Below, in pieces: positions 45,667 through 59,704 of a stretch of 64,000 nt of DNA; the first letter of the stretch is position 1, and every line of letters starts with the position of its first letter. Source of the DNA: an uncultured Planctomycetaceae bacterium (GTDB taxonomy: Bacteria > Planctomycetota > Planctomycetia > Isosphaerales > Isosphaeraceae); the NCBI GenBank assembly GCA_963833985.1, contig CAWIAD010000001.1:1088001-1152000 (forward strand), written 5' to 3'. Below the pieces are notes generated by a model that was not told the DNA's origin, made no database searches, and saw nothing but the letters and a program-made list of their open reading frames with translations. The translations under genes were made by a program, and so were the position numbers.

Positions 45667-46991
45667 TCAGAGCAGGTGCCGCGCCTTGATTTCCAGGTAG
45701 CGGCTGACCAGGTCGCCGGTGAGGTCCTGGGGGAAGACGTCGAGCGTGAGCACGCCCCGCCTGCGCAGGCCGGCCATGACGCGCTCGCGCCAGTTCAGCA
45801 GGTCGGCGGCGGCGGCGCCACGGAACAGGCCCGGCCCCTGTTCCGGCGCGTCGTCGGCCATGGCGAAGAGATCCAGGTCACGCAGGAAGACGCCCAGGGG
45901 CAAGTGCCGGCCGGTCAGGTTTCCCAGGTATTCCGAGACGATCTGGGCGTTTACGTCATCGAACAGGTTGGTCAGCAGGACCACCAGCGACCGCTTGCGG
46001 CACCGCTCTTCAAGCTCGACGAACGCGCGATCGTAGCGCGGCTCCACGGGCTCGGGGAAGACGTTGTGCACCGCGTGCACCAGCCGCCGGATCCGCCGCG
46101 ATCCGCCCGCCGGCGGGATGTACGCGCGGGTGCGGTCGGAGAAGGCCAGCAGGCCGACCTGGTCGTTGCGGATGAGCGCGACATGGGCCAGCAGCAGCAT
46201 GGCGTTCAGCGCGTGGTCCAGCGGTGAGAGCCCGCCGCCGGTGTCTCCGGCCATCATCCTGCCGCAATCGATCAAAAAGATGATCCGCTGGCTCTGGTTG
46301 TGCTGGTGCGCGCGGACGGTGAGCTTGCGCCTCCGCGCGGTGGCCCGCCAGTCCAGGTGCCGAGGGTCGTCGCCCTCGATGTAGTCGCGCAGCCGCTCGA
46401 ACTCGTTATCCGTGCCCAGCCGGCGCGAGCCGCGCAGGCCCAGCACGCTGAGCCGGTCGCGCCGCGCCAGCATGGTGTAGCGGGCAATCTGACGCACGTC
46501 GGGGTAGACGCGCAGCACGGTGCGCGCCGGCAGCGAGATCGACCGCTGCCAGAGGCCCAGCCGGCTCTGCACCAGAGCGTCGACCTGCTCGAACGCATAC
46601 GTCCCGCGCCGGCCGGGGAGAATCCTGTACTCGATCTCGACATGGCTGCGGCCCGGCACCAGGATGTGGAACTCGCCGGGTTCGGCCGTGAAGCCGGCCG
46701 GCACGTCGTCGCGCAGCCGCAGCCGGCGGGCCCTGCGGGAAAGATTCTCGATGGCCAGCGTGACGTTCTGGGCCTCTCCCAGCGAGCAGGTCGTCTCGCA
46801 GCGTCGGTCGACCCGCACCCGGGCCCCCCCGCGCAGGCTGAGCAGGTCCACCGCCGCCACCAGGGCCACGGCGATGTCGAGCACCAGCACGACCGGCTGC
46901 ATCGCCTCGCTGGCGAAGACGCCCAGGGACAGCAAGGCGGGCAAGAGCAGCGCGCGGGGCAGTGCACGGCCCGGCCAGATCATTGGCAGCT

Positions 46992-46995
<4 letters not shown>
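45667..46995 (-). CDS. DUF58 (vWA-like) protein
   Basis: EFERLRDYIEGDDPRHLDWRATARR; IDCGRMM. Confidence 0.92.
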
Positions 46996-48051
<1,056 letters not shown>

Positions 48052-48384
48052 TGGCCGACAGACTCCTCAGGGCATGCGATGAGAACCAAACCCATAAGAT
48101 CAAATGCGATGGCTGAAGGGAAGCAAGCAGCGACGGAACGGGCCGGGCAGGGACGTGCGGGAAACGCCGGGCAAGCCGCGCGGCGACGCAGGGAAATCCT
48201 GCTCTGGCGCGAGGCGCTGAAACCGCCCACCGCGAGGTCCGCTTGCGCGGCTGGCAGCGGATGTAAGGCCCTGCAAGATCGCAAACAGGCATTTCCTGTG
48301 GCCGGGCGCGGCACCCGCGGCCGATGGAAAGACAGATCACCCTGGATCCGCACCCGAAGTCCGCGCAGCGACGAACAGCGAACC

Positions 48385-50236
48385 ATGACGCACAGCGCTT
48401 GCTCGACCAGGATTAGCTGGCCGGGCGTATCATCGTTCCTTCACGGCCGGGGCGCCGTGCCGGCTCGCCGCCGGGCCCTGAGGCGCCGGGTCCTCATCGT
48501 GGCTTGCGCCATGGCGCTCGGGGGCTGCCGGCAGACCGAGCCGCGCGTGGTTGCCGTGCTTCCCCGGCCCCTGGTGACCACCCGCGAATCGCGCTCGCTC
48601 CTGCCGCGCGCCCGCTCCGCGCTGGGCGCCGGGCACCGGCTGGAGCACCAGGGTTCGGATGCCAGCGTCGACGCGTATTATCGAGCAGCGGTCGACGCGT
48701 ATGCCGCCGTCACCGTGACGGCAGCGGTCGTGGGGACCAGTCATGGCGATTTCCGCGCAGCGCAGGAGATCTACAACGAGAGCCTGCGCGACTGTCTGCG
48801 CGCTGCGCAGCGGTTCGGCAGGATCGACGCCCGGTCGCAGCTCGTGATCAACACGCCTGCCGGCTCGCATGCCGTGCCCATCGTGCACCGCGGTTTCGTC
48901 TGGAAGCCCGAAGATTTCGGCCGTGTTGCCGACCCGACGCGGCTGGACCGCAACCCCAACGAGCACGGCGCGGACGCGAAGCGGCCAGGGCTTGGCGCCG
49001 ACGTGGCTGTCGGCCGCGTCAATCCGAACCTCTCGCCAGACGACCGCTTCCTGCCGCGCGAAGCCGCGTTCGACGCCACGGCCGTGCTCCGCCCCGACCT
49101 CGACGCCTGGCTCGACCCCCAGCTCCAGGGAACCAGGCCCCCCGCCGATGTCCTGGAGTTCCACGATCCGCTCCGCGTGCCGTCCGTCATCCTTGCTGGT
49201 CAGTCCATTGCTCTGGCCGCAAACCATGCCGCGGCGAACGCCCTGGCCCACCAGGTTGCCGCCGATCGCGGACCCTTCGCGCTGGCCGGCCTGGCTCGGC
49301 CCTCCACGGTCCTGGACAAGGCGGACATCCGCATGATCGAGCCCTACCAGCCAGGCAAGATCCCGGTTCTTCTGGTCCATGGCCTGGGCGACGACCCGTT
49401 CATGTTCAACGACATGATGGTGGCGCTGCGCCGCACGCCCGGCTTCCTGGAGCGATACCAGTTGTGGGTCTTTCGCTACCCGACAGGCATCACCTTCCTG
49501 CGCTCGGCCGCCATGCTGCGCTCGGAGCTGGGCGACATCAGCACCGCGCTGGACCCTCGCGGCAACGACCCGGCGCTGCGGAACATGGTGCTGGTGGGCT
49601 ACAGCATGGGCGGGCTGATCAGCAAGCTGCAAGTGACCAGCAGCGCAGACCGCCTCTGGGCCGAGGGTGCAAACCGGCCGCTGGAGAGCCTGGTCACTTC
49701 CGAACAGACACGCTCGTTCCTGCGCAAACTGTTCTTCTTCGAGCCCATGCCCATGGTCCGCCGCGTGATCTTCATCGCCACGCCGCACGACGGCTCGCCG
49801 GTCGCCAGCTCGATCGTGGGCAGGCTGGCCACCCGCCTGGTTCAGCGCCCCTCGGATGCCGAGGCGATGATCGACCAGATTCAGCGCGACAACCCCGGAG
49901 GCGCTCAAGCCCTTTCTGATGCGGCGGGTTCCCAGCAGTATCGACGTGCTGGATGTGGACAACCCGCTGCTCCCCGCCATGCGCCAGCTTCTCTTCAGTC
50001 CTGGCGTCACGCTACACACGATCGCCGGCTACGGGCCTCATTCCCCTGAAAGGGCGCGGGGCGACCTGGTCGTGCCGCTCTCCAGCGCGCATCTCGATCA
50101 GGCGGCCAGCGAGCTCTGGGTTCCCGCCATCCACACCAATATCTATTACCAGCCGGAAACCATTGCCGAGGTCCAGCGCATCCTCGCCGAGCACGCGGCG
50201 TCGAGTGGCCCGGTCGGCGGGACCGGGCCGCACTGA
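48385..50236 (+). CDS. Alpha/beta hydrolase lipoprotein (frameshift near 49905)
   Basis: LGGC lipobox; KIPVLLVHGL, GYSMGG, IATPHDGS and GDLVVPLSSAH motifs. Confidence 0.85.
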
Positions 50237-50265
50237 CCGTCCGGCCGCGGGCGCTCCGGGGCCAA

Positions 50266-50769
50266 TCACCGAAGGCTGGTCAGCACCAGCGGGAACGAGA
50301 CGTCCTGCCCATGCAGGGCGACCTTCACGCGGCCCGAGATGCGCTCGTCCGGCATCGGAAACGGCGGCGAGGCGAAGCGGGCGGACGGGGCAGGGTCGCC
50401 GGTCGCCGGCTCGCTCTTCAGCTCGTACGGTTGCATGTAATGGTTGGACAGCGTACCGGGCAGGCCCAGCTCGGCCACGACTTTTTCGGGAAGGGGGCTG
50501 AGCGGGCTCTGGCCGTCGGGTTCCACAAAGCAGATCACGATGCGAGCCATGCTTCCCTTCTTGAGACCCGCGGTCAGTCCGGCGCGCCGGTTCTTGCCCG
50601 CCGGCTCGGCTTTCGACTTCGCGACGGGCTCCAGCCGGGCCTCGCCGTAGCCGAGACCGCCGGGAATGGGAATTGCCGGAAGTCCGTGCGGTCCAAGTAC
50701 GGCGGGGCTGGCATTCCGCGGTCCGCTGCCGCAGCCAGCGGTCCAGAGGACAACCAGAACGAGCATCAC
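50266..50769 (-). CDS. Lipoprotein partner of the DUF1559 gene
   Basis: TAGC lipobox; GPHG..IPIP; directly downstream of DUF1559. Confidence 0.65.
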   Translation of the reverse strand: MMLVLVVLWTAGCGSGPRNASPAVLGPHGLPAIPIPGGLGYGEARLEPVAKSKAEPAGKNRRAGLTAGLKKGSMARIVICFVEPDGQSPLSPLPEKVVAELGLPGTLSNHYMQPYELKSEPATGDPAPSARFASPPFPMPDERISGRVKVALHGQDVSFPLVLTSLR

Positions 50770-50845
50770 GATCCGAGGCGCGGCGAGGTGGTCGCGACTG
50801 GCTCGCCGCCCGCCGCTGGCGGCGAGGGTCGTCGCCCTTGCGGAA

Positions 50846-51956
<1,111 letters not shown>

Positions 51957-52316
51957 GTTTTCCTCCGAAAAGTCGGCCGGAGCACCCGCCAGGAAAGGGA
52001 GGGAACGGATGCTCGCGGTCGTGCCACTCTCGCCGCGGCTTGCTTGGGTCCAGGCCGCGGGCGATCCAAAAACGGGTGGGTACGATCGGCTGCTCCGGCG
52101 GAGGCCCGTGCGGACCTGCGCGCCGAGGCGGACGCCCTGGGGCCATTCCTCGTGCCCCAGGGCAGATTAACCACGCGGCACGACGAAATCAAGCACTTGT
52201 TTCATGAAAGTTAAACTTTTTTCGATCATGCCGTATGGCCATTCGAGATCGCCGCGCGCAGGGGAGTGCGTCCGGATCGCCGCGTGGTGGTGACGACCGC
52301 GGTGAAGCTGGTCGTC

Positions 52317-53525
52317 TCACGGAGCGCTGGCCGGCTGCTGCTGGGGCCTGGCTTCGCCTGTTGCGCGTGTCCCCTCGTGGGGAGTTCGGGCGAAGCGCCA
52401 GCGGCGGTAGGTCTCCAGCAGCTCCTTGGCCGCGGCCGCTCCCCGGGTGCGCTGAAGCAGGGTTCCCAGGGCCTCGGCATGTGCGGCCGGGCGGTCGGCG
52501 TCGGACGGTGGGTCGGGCCGGGGTCGGCCCAGCCGCGGGGCGCGGGCCAGGCAGGCCAGCACGCCAAGCAGCGACAGGTGAATCGCCACCCAGCGGAAGG
52601 TCTTGATTTGCCTGATGAGGTCGATGAGTGTGGGGGGAGATTCCGCTTCCTCGAGCGGAAACGAGCCCTCCACGAAGGCCACGCGCCGGGCCTCGTCGCC
52701 AATCCACTCCAGCACGGCCTCCGCCAGCGGACGCCGCGCGCGGTTGACCAGCGGCAGGTTGAGCAGGAATGAGCCGTTGGCGATGGCCAGCACACGGCTT
52801 CCCCGATCCACTTCCCATTCCATGGCCAGAACGTCTCCGTCGCCGGTCAGGAGAACGACTTCCTGGGTCGGCTTGAGCGGCTCGTGAACCACCAGCGCCG
52901 CGGCTTCCGGGTCGATGTCCTCGGCCCAGGGGCCGCCCAGGGTCTTGCAGGTCCGGGGCGGGCTTGCTGGTTTGCCCACGGCGAACCAGGTTTCGGGGTC
53001 GGCCGGTGTCTCCTCTTTTCTGGGCAAGCGTGACGCCCATCCACCGGCCTTGTCCCGGTTCGCCTCGGCCAGCATACGGCGCTCCTGATCGCCCGCCTCG
53101 CCGAGTCGCTGCACCGCGAGCGACCAGTATTCCGCCTCGGCGTCGAAATCGCGCACCACGTACACCAGGGCCCGGTCTGGCCGGTCGGAGAGCCATTCCT
53201 CGTACCAGTCGGCCTCGTTCTCGCCGGGCGGGCCGGGGACGGCGGCAAAGCGGACGATCGCGTCGGCCCAGGTGGAAAGCTCGGGTGTCAATCGCCAGGC
53301 GGAGCGCACCTCGTGACCGCGGCTCTTCAGCAATTCCGCCAGCGTTCCGGTACCGTTGATACTGGCCCCGTGAGTGCCGCCGTAGCCGCGCTCCGGGCCC
53401 GAGGTGTTGCCCAGACCTTGCAGGACGGCCAGGCACACGAGGGCAAGGACCAGCGCGGCCGCGAGTCCCAGGGCGATGATGCCAATCCACGACCATCGTC
53501 CGCGGGCGGGAGAAACGGATGCCAT
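52317..53525 (-). CDS. DUF4350-like membrane-anchored protein
   Basis: SINGTGTLAELL..G; ANGSFLLN; C-terminal TM plus PRLGRP..HAEALG. Confidence 0.75.
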   Translation of the reverse strand: MASVSPARGRWSWIGIIALGLAAALVLALVCLAVLQGLGNTSGPERGYGGTHGASINGTGTLAELLKSRGHEVRSAWRLTPELSTWADAIVRFAAVPGPPGENEADWYEEWLSDRPDRALVYVVRDFDAEAEYWSLAVQRLGEAGDQERRMLAEANRDKAGGWASRLPRKEETPADPETWFAVGKPASPPRTCKTLGGPWAEDIDPEAAALVVHEPLKPTQEVVLLTGDGDVLAMEWEVDRGSRVLAIANGSFLLNLPLVNRARRPLAEAVLEWIGDEARRVAFVEGSFPLEEAESPPTLIDLIRQIKTFRWVAIHLSLLGVLACLARAPRLGRPRPDPPSDADRPAAHAEALGTLLQRTRGAAAAKELLETYRRWRFARTPHEGTRATGEARPQQQPASAP

Positions 53526-53529
53526 GGGC

Positions 53530-54308
53530 TCAGCTCACCTGGATGGTCTGGAGCCGGCGGCGGAACGCTTCGGCGCTGGCCCAGACGCGCTCGAACTCGT
53601 CCCGATCGGGACGCCGATGACCGTAATAGACATCTTCAAACACCTGGAGCGTTGCCCGCAGGCTGTTGCGCAGCAGTGTATCGTCGAGCCCGCCGGCGTA
53701 CTGCCGCGCCGTCCGGCCCGGCATCAGGCGAACCAGTCCCACCCTTTGCAGGCCCACAAGCTGGTCGAGGAAGAGCCAGACCACCGCGCCGGCGAGGTCT
53801 CCGTCCGCCCGGCGGCGCAGGGCTTCCGCCCAGGGGTCGATTCCCTCCGCCGCCATGCTCGCCGGCAGGCCGGCCGCTCGAACGGCGTCACCGATCCTCA
53901 CGGCGGGCTCGGTCGCCTCTGGCTCGGGACCGGCGCCCAGCCGCCAGAACCGCCAGAGCAACCAGAAAAAGAGGACTCCCGCGGCGATGAACAGCAGCGT
54001 CGCCAGAGCGCTGCCCAGCCCACTGGAACCGGGAGTCGACAGCCCGCGACGCTGGCCGAAGAGGTGGCCCAGCCAGTCGAAGAACGAATCGACGCGCTTG
54101 CCGATCCACACGCTCCATGTCGATGGATCCGGGAGCAGTGGTTTGACTCCATCGCTCTCGCTGTCGTACCAGGGATAGGCTTGCTGCTTGAGGGCCGCGC
54201 GGACCGGAGAGTCCAGCTCCGGCGCGAGCTCTGGCCCAGACCTTGAGCACCGGAGGCGACTGTCACGGTCCCGAGCCATATCACCACGAGCCCGACCCGC
54301 AGCCTCAC
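53530..54308 (-). CDS. DUF4129 domain protein (frameshift near 54240)
   Basis: GDLAGAVVWLF..GRTARQY..FEDVYYG. Confidence 0.8.
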
Positions 54309-55084
54309 GTTCGTCCCTCCTCCAGCTCTTTCCCCAGGTTCTGTAGCCGCAGCCGCAGCTCCCACCCTTCGGAGCGAATCCGCTGGTCGATGTAAATCAG
54401 GAACCGCGCCACAGCGAAGAAGGCGATCGCGATCCAGACCCCAAGCTGAAACCGCAGCCCGTCGAAATCCGTCGGCTCGGGCTCATACCAGGTGACCTCC
54501 GTCTCCATCAGGGCGGAGGTCACTGCACCGGTGCCCACCCAGAAGCAGGCCGCGAACACCGCCCCGAACGCGATCTGGCCGAGCCACTGGAGGAAGAATT
54601 GCCCCGTGCGCCCGGTCGAGAGCTGGCCGCAGCGCCGCACCGCCCGCCAGACCGGGGCTTTCTCCAGCAGGATCACCTCGTTGCAGAACCAGAGCTGCCC
54701 GGGGAGCAACGGAATCAAGAGAACTGTCATGCAGAGGAGACACCGGATGATCACATGGACGGTGAACAGCCAGGGGAGGGCGATGAGCGTCCTCCAGAGG
54801 ATGATGCGCAGCCGGGGAGGACGGTCGAACATCAGCCCCCCCAGCACCAGGGTCAGCGGCACGGTGGCCCAGGGTGCCTCGAAGAAGAGCAGCAGCAGCC
54901 AGAAGCCGGGGGGCGTCTCGGGGTCCGACATGAGCCAGGAGTTCAGCGCCGCGAACGGGGCGATTCCGGCTGCCGCGGCCAGCGCCAGCGTGACCGGCCT
55001 GTGGCGCACGACCAGGAGCGCCAGGTCCAGCAGGTCGAGGGGCGACCGCTCGCGGATCTGAACGAGTGTCCGATCATTGGCCAT
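54305..55084 (-). CDS. Membrane protein of the MoxR/DUF58 operon
   Basis: IRERSPLDLLDLAL..; NEVILLE; YIDQRIRSEGWEL. Confidence 0.75.
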   Translation of the reverse strand: MANDRTLVQIRERSPLDLLDLALLVVRHRPVTLALAAAAGIAPFAALNSWLMSDPETPPGFWLLLLFFEAPWATVPLTLVLGGLMFDRPPRLRIILWRTLIALPWLFTVHVIIRCLLCMTVLLIPLLPGQLWFCNEVILLEKAPVWRAVRRCGQLSTGRTGQFFLQWLGQIAFGAVFAACFWVGTGAVTSALMETEVTWYEPEPTDFDGLRFQLGVWIAIAFFAVARFLIYIDQRIRSEGWELRLRLQNLGKELEEGRT

Positions 55085-55289
55085 AGCGCCGCCTGGAAGA
55101 TCCTCGAGTCGCTCGGTGGATCGCGGTTCCCGCAAGGCGATCGTAGAGCAATCGCCGCCAGGCGGCAAGCGGCTAACCAGCGAGTGGCGCGGCGCACCGC
55201 CCATGCGAAGCTGGCGATCGCAGGGGCCGGGCACGATCTCCGAGTCCCGGCGGGGAAGCTGAGTAAGATCGTGCCGGCCGACGTCTCTC

Positions 55290-58200
55290 TCAGTAGCGTG
55301 GAGCCCGCCGCAGCACGATTGCGCGCGGCCGCTCGAGATGATGGTGCTCGACGACGACGGTCACCACCCAGCGCTCCTCCCACGCTTCACGTACAAGGTC
55401 CTTGACCTCGTCCTCCTCGCTCCGGAACCGGAGCTCCTTGCCGGTCTCGGTACGCAGCAGGAACCCCTCGAAATCACCGAACCGGTCGAAGACCAGGCCG
55501 GCGATCTTGCCCGTGTACTCGTGCTCCGGACCGGTTCCAGGATGGCCGCCGCCGTGCTTGCCTCCCCCTCCTCCCGTGGAGGGCAGACCGCCGAGCGTGG
55601 GCGGGATCGAGCCGGGGTCGCCTCCCAGGCCGCCCACGCGGCCGCTGATCAGTCCCGTGTACCGCTGGAGTACCGGGTACCATCGGTACACCGGCAGCAT
55701 GTTCTCGAGCCGCCATTTCAGGACCGCCAGCGTATTCTCCTCTATAGGAAGCATGACCGCTCGAGTGGTGACCGGGATACGCACCTGGAAGGCCCCCGAG
55801 ACCTGACGCCAGATGATGACGTCTGATGGCGGCGGTACCTTGTGCATGGGCGGCACGTGTCCGGAATCGATCCCGCCCGCCGTATGGTGCTTGTGTATCG
55901 GCTTTGGGGGCGCGGCAGGGCGATGCGCCGGCACAGCCGCGATCTTCGGCGGCGGTTCCATTTCAACCTGGACCGTGGAAACGCGCCGCAGCACGATGTT
56001 GAACTCTTGCCCATTCCGCACGGACGTCGGCAGATCGATTGTCAGCAGCCCGGCGAAATTCACCCCGGTGGCCGGAGGGATCGGGACGTAGCTCACCCCT
56101 TTCGTGACCGTGCATTGCACCGTGTTCGCGTCAGCCGCCGAGAGCCGGTGTGAGGCGTAGATCTTTCCGGCCAGTGCCAGCACGTCCGCGGATTGAACCT
56201 GCGGCCAGTAAATGGTGGCCGTGCTACCCGGAGGCGTATTGCCCCAGTCGATCATGAGCTCGTCGGGCAGATCGAGCGGCGCCCCGGTGGACAGCACCGA
56301 AGGCGCACTGGGGCGGATGTCGAACGCCTGGGGGACAATATGCGTCGCCGGCGACTTGGGATTCTCGGATGAGGTGATCTGCAAGTTCCGCTGTGCGAGC
56401 TGGTCCCAGTTCGCCGGGCTTGGTGTCGTCCCGCCGGACGAGGTGGTGGGAATGGGAGCGCCGTCGTAGGCAATCTCGGCCACGATGCAGTGGTGCGTGC
56501 CGCCGAACTTCGAGTTGTTGGTCGCGTCGAAGACGTCAAGGAAGCAGCCGAAGTACGTCCACACCGAGTCTGCGGTCGCGGGTATCTGAATGTTCTGGAT
56601 GTTGCTGCTGGCGACCGTTCCGTCGTAATCGTGTGTTCCGGAGGCGTCCGTGGCAAAGAACGGGATGGTCTGAACTGTCTGGCCGCTGGGATCGACCAGT
56701 CCCGTGCCCGAGGGGAGTGGGAAGACCGGCAGATTGAGATCGGCCCCGCTGGTGCCGGGCGTGCTCTTGTAGGTGGTCGTCGGCTGGAAATCGGTGTCGC
56801 AGGACTGCGCCACGAAGAGCCGGAAGAAGACGCGGACATTCTGCGCCGAGGACCCGGAGGAGCCGCGCAGCCGCACGCGTGCCAGGGCAAAGTTGTAGTT
56901 CTGGTTGCCGGCGGAGTCCTTGGGCGTGACCGAGCTATCGCCCGTCTCGTAGCCGGTCTGTCCTGGCAACTGGTTCAGCGGGTCGGTGCCGGGGGGGACG
57001 GGCGTGGTGAACGACGAGCTGCCGTTCAGGTAGCCAATCAGGCTCTGAATCGAGCCGTAGGGATCGGTGGTGAAGGCCGGTGCTCCCATCAAGGGCGCGT
57101 TGCCGGCCGTCACCGAGAAGACGCGCAGGTCCTGGCTGAGGTAGAAGATATCTTTCTGGTTCGTCGGGTCGAGGTTGCTGAAATAGGGATCGGCGCCGCC
57201 AAGCAGCTCGAAGGTTGCCGAGGCCGTCGCCCCGGCCAGAGCGCTGCCGCCCACCTGCGCCGTGGCGCTGAGCTCTCCCAGCACCGGGTTCCCGCCCAGG
57301 CTCGGGAACGACGAGAGGTTGCTGAAGGTGACGTCGAAGGAGAAGCGGATGCGCTGCGGCGCCTTGGTGTTGCTCGGGTCCTCGAACTGCGGCAGGGCGC
57401 TCGGCGGAATGGGACCGCCCGGGGTGGCCGGCGTCGGTGTGACCGAGACCCCGCCGAGGCTCGCGAAGGTCCCTGTCGGCGTCGGCACTGAGATATTGAG
57501 CGTGTGGAAGGCGTCGCTGCTGAACCCTTCCAGCACCAGCCAGAATGCACTCGAGACCAGTCCGCCCTTGGTGTTGATCAGGTCCTGCGCCTCGTCTTTG
57601 CCGAAGGTGTTCTGGTCGGTCCAGAACGAGAGGATGCCCAGCGGGTAGGGATCATCGAAATTCGGACCGCTGTTGATGGTGGCCGTTCCGGGGAGGGCGT
57701 TGTTCAAGAGCCGCAGGAAGAACGGGAAGGGGTCGCCAGCGTCGCCGGTGAGGCTCGTATACACGTTCGCCAGCGTCTGCGCACCGCGTTGATGAGCGGC
57801 GCGAGGCCGAAGGTGAGCTGGTTGAAGAGATAGTACACAAAGAGCGTGGTGCAGCCGGTGGTGGCGTCCGGCGAGTTGTCGTCCGGGTTGTTGTTCACGA
57901 AGTCCGTCCGCGGGCTCGAGGAAAGCCAGTCGTTCGCCACGAAGAACGTCTGGCTCCCCTGCGTGAGCACCGTGGTGTCCAGGCTGTTATCGGCCAGGAA
58001 CTTGAACCCCAGGAAGCGCGAGAGGGCTTCCCCCTTGCTTCCCTCGTTACCGTCGCCAAAGCTGTAGCCCCAGCCGTTGGCCTTGGACTGCATGAACATC
58101 TCGACGACCTCGGAGACAAGCAGGTAGCGGAGGACGTCGAGCTTGGAGCCGTTGCCCGGCTGGAGCGTGATCGGCGGTCCCCACCCCGCCTTGGCATAGC

Positions 58201-58426
58201 TTCCGGGCATGATCTGCACCGACATCGGCGTGGAGAATGGCAGGGTGGCGCCTGGGAAGTTCGTGGTCATCCAGGAGAAGTCGCTCTCGCAGACGGCCAG
58301 CAGCGCGTTCGCTCGATCCTGCCCGTCGGCCGTGGAGAGCGAGTCGTCGTAGGTGATCGCATAGTGCGTCGTCACTCCCTTGCCAAGGCCGCCAGGATTG
58401 TTCAGGCCGTTGTTCGTCTGTGTCAT
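55290..58426 (-). CDS. ~1045-aa multidomain hypothetical protein (frameshift near 57780)
   Basis: Two abutting long ORFs (240 and 824 aa); GGAG SD; HHCIVAEI..LAQRNL motif; beta-rich C-terminal domain. Confidence 0.75.
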
Positions 58427-58635
58427 GAGCCGCGCTCCGGGTGGTTACGAGCGTGCAGGTCCGCCGCGCCCGGCAGGATGGCCGGACAGGGTCGCCCCGC
58501 GGCAGAAGTGAAAAGACTTGAAAGACTGGTGAACTGAATAACTCATCATCTCTTCCCGGCCTGGACCGAAGCAAAAAAACCAAGGGATTGGCTCCGTACC
58601 CTTGCTGCCGCCAGGCGCTCCGCTAGAATGTCGCC

Positions 58636-59595
58636 ATGCGACGACGTGACTTTCTGAACAGCGTGATTGGGGGTGCGTGCCTGTGCGGGCTCGATCAGGC
58701 CCCTGCGCAGGAGACGCAGGGGGGCGTCTTTGTCGAGCGGTCGGCCGCCGGCACGCCGCACCAGGGGAAGGTGCTGCTGGCCGTCCAGGCGCATTCCGAC
58801 GACGTGCCGCTGATGGCGGCTGGCACCGTGGCCAAGCTTGTTCGGGAAGGCTATACCGGTTACCTGATCCGCGCGACCAATGACGACATGGGAGACGCCC
58901 CCGGCCTTGGCACTGCCGGCACCGTTGGCGACCACGTGCTGGGTAACGAGCGCGACAACGACGAAGTCGCCAGGGCGCTGGGCCTGAGGCGCGTCTTCAA
59001 CCTGAACTATCGCAACCACCGCATGGGCGACGTCTCGCAGAACGAATTGCAGTGCCGGCTCATCTTCCTGATCCGCCTTCTGAAGGCCGACACCGTCGTC
59101 TGCTGGGACCCCTGGGCGCACGACGAGGAGAACCCCGATCACGCCGCGATCGCCCGGGGCCTCGAGGCGGCCTGCTGGATGGCCGGCCGCAACCACGACT
59201 ATCCCGAGCAGTTTGCCGCCGGACTGACGCCGCACGCGGTCCGCGAGAAGTACTACTACGCGCGCAGGCCGGAGGTCACACGCGTCGTCGACATCAGCGG
59301 CGTCGTGGACCGGAAGGTCGAGGCCAACCGCGCCAACCGGGCCAAGGGGCCGGCCGGGCAGCACGGCTCGCGCCTCCGCGCTGAGCTCGCCCGCAAGAAC
59401 CAGCGGCTGCCGCTTCTTGGCGACGACGACCTGACCGCCGATCGCAACTACATCAAGGAATTCGTTCTCGACCGCGACCGCACTCTCGGTCAGAAATACG
59501 GCGTGGAATACGCCGAGGCCTTTCATTACATCGGCCCGGAAGCCCCGTCCCGGGTCGAAGACTACGTCCGCCAGCACGCGCTGCCCGCCCGGTAA
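58636..59595 (+). CDS. Tat-exported PIG-L/LmbE family deacetylase
   Basis: MRRRDFL signal; AHSDD, NPDH and YAEAF motifs. Confidence 0.85.
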   Translation: MRRRDFLNSVIGGACLCGLDQAPAQETQGGVFVERSAAGTPHQGKVLLAVQAHSDDVPLMAAGTVAKLVREGYTGYLIRATNDDMGDAPGLGTAGTVGDHVLGNERDNDEVARALGLRRVFNLNYRNHRMGDVSQNELQCRLIFLIRLLKADTVVCWDPWAHDEENPDHAAIARGLEAACWMAGRNHDYPEQFAAGLTPHAVREKYYYARRPEVTRVVDISGVVDRKVEANRANRAKGPAGQHGSRLRAELARKNQRLPLLGDDDLTADRNYIKEFVLDRDRTLGQKYGVEYAEAFHYIGPEAPSRVEDYVRQHALPAR

Positions 59596-59704
59596 ATCTT
59601 GTCCCACGGAAAACACCGGGCAGCCGTGGCCGTCCGCTCCGGGTGCTGAGAATTCGTAGGTCAGGACATGTGGCCGGGTCACGGCGGTGAAGCGAGATGC
59701 CAGC

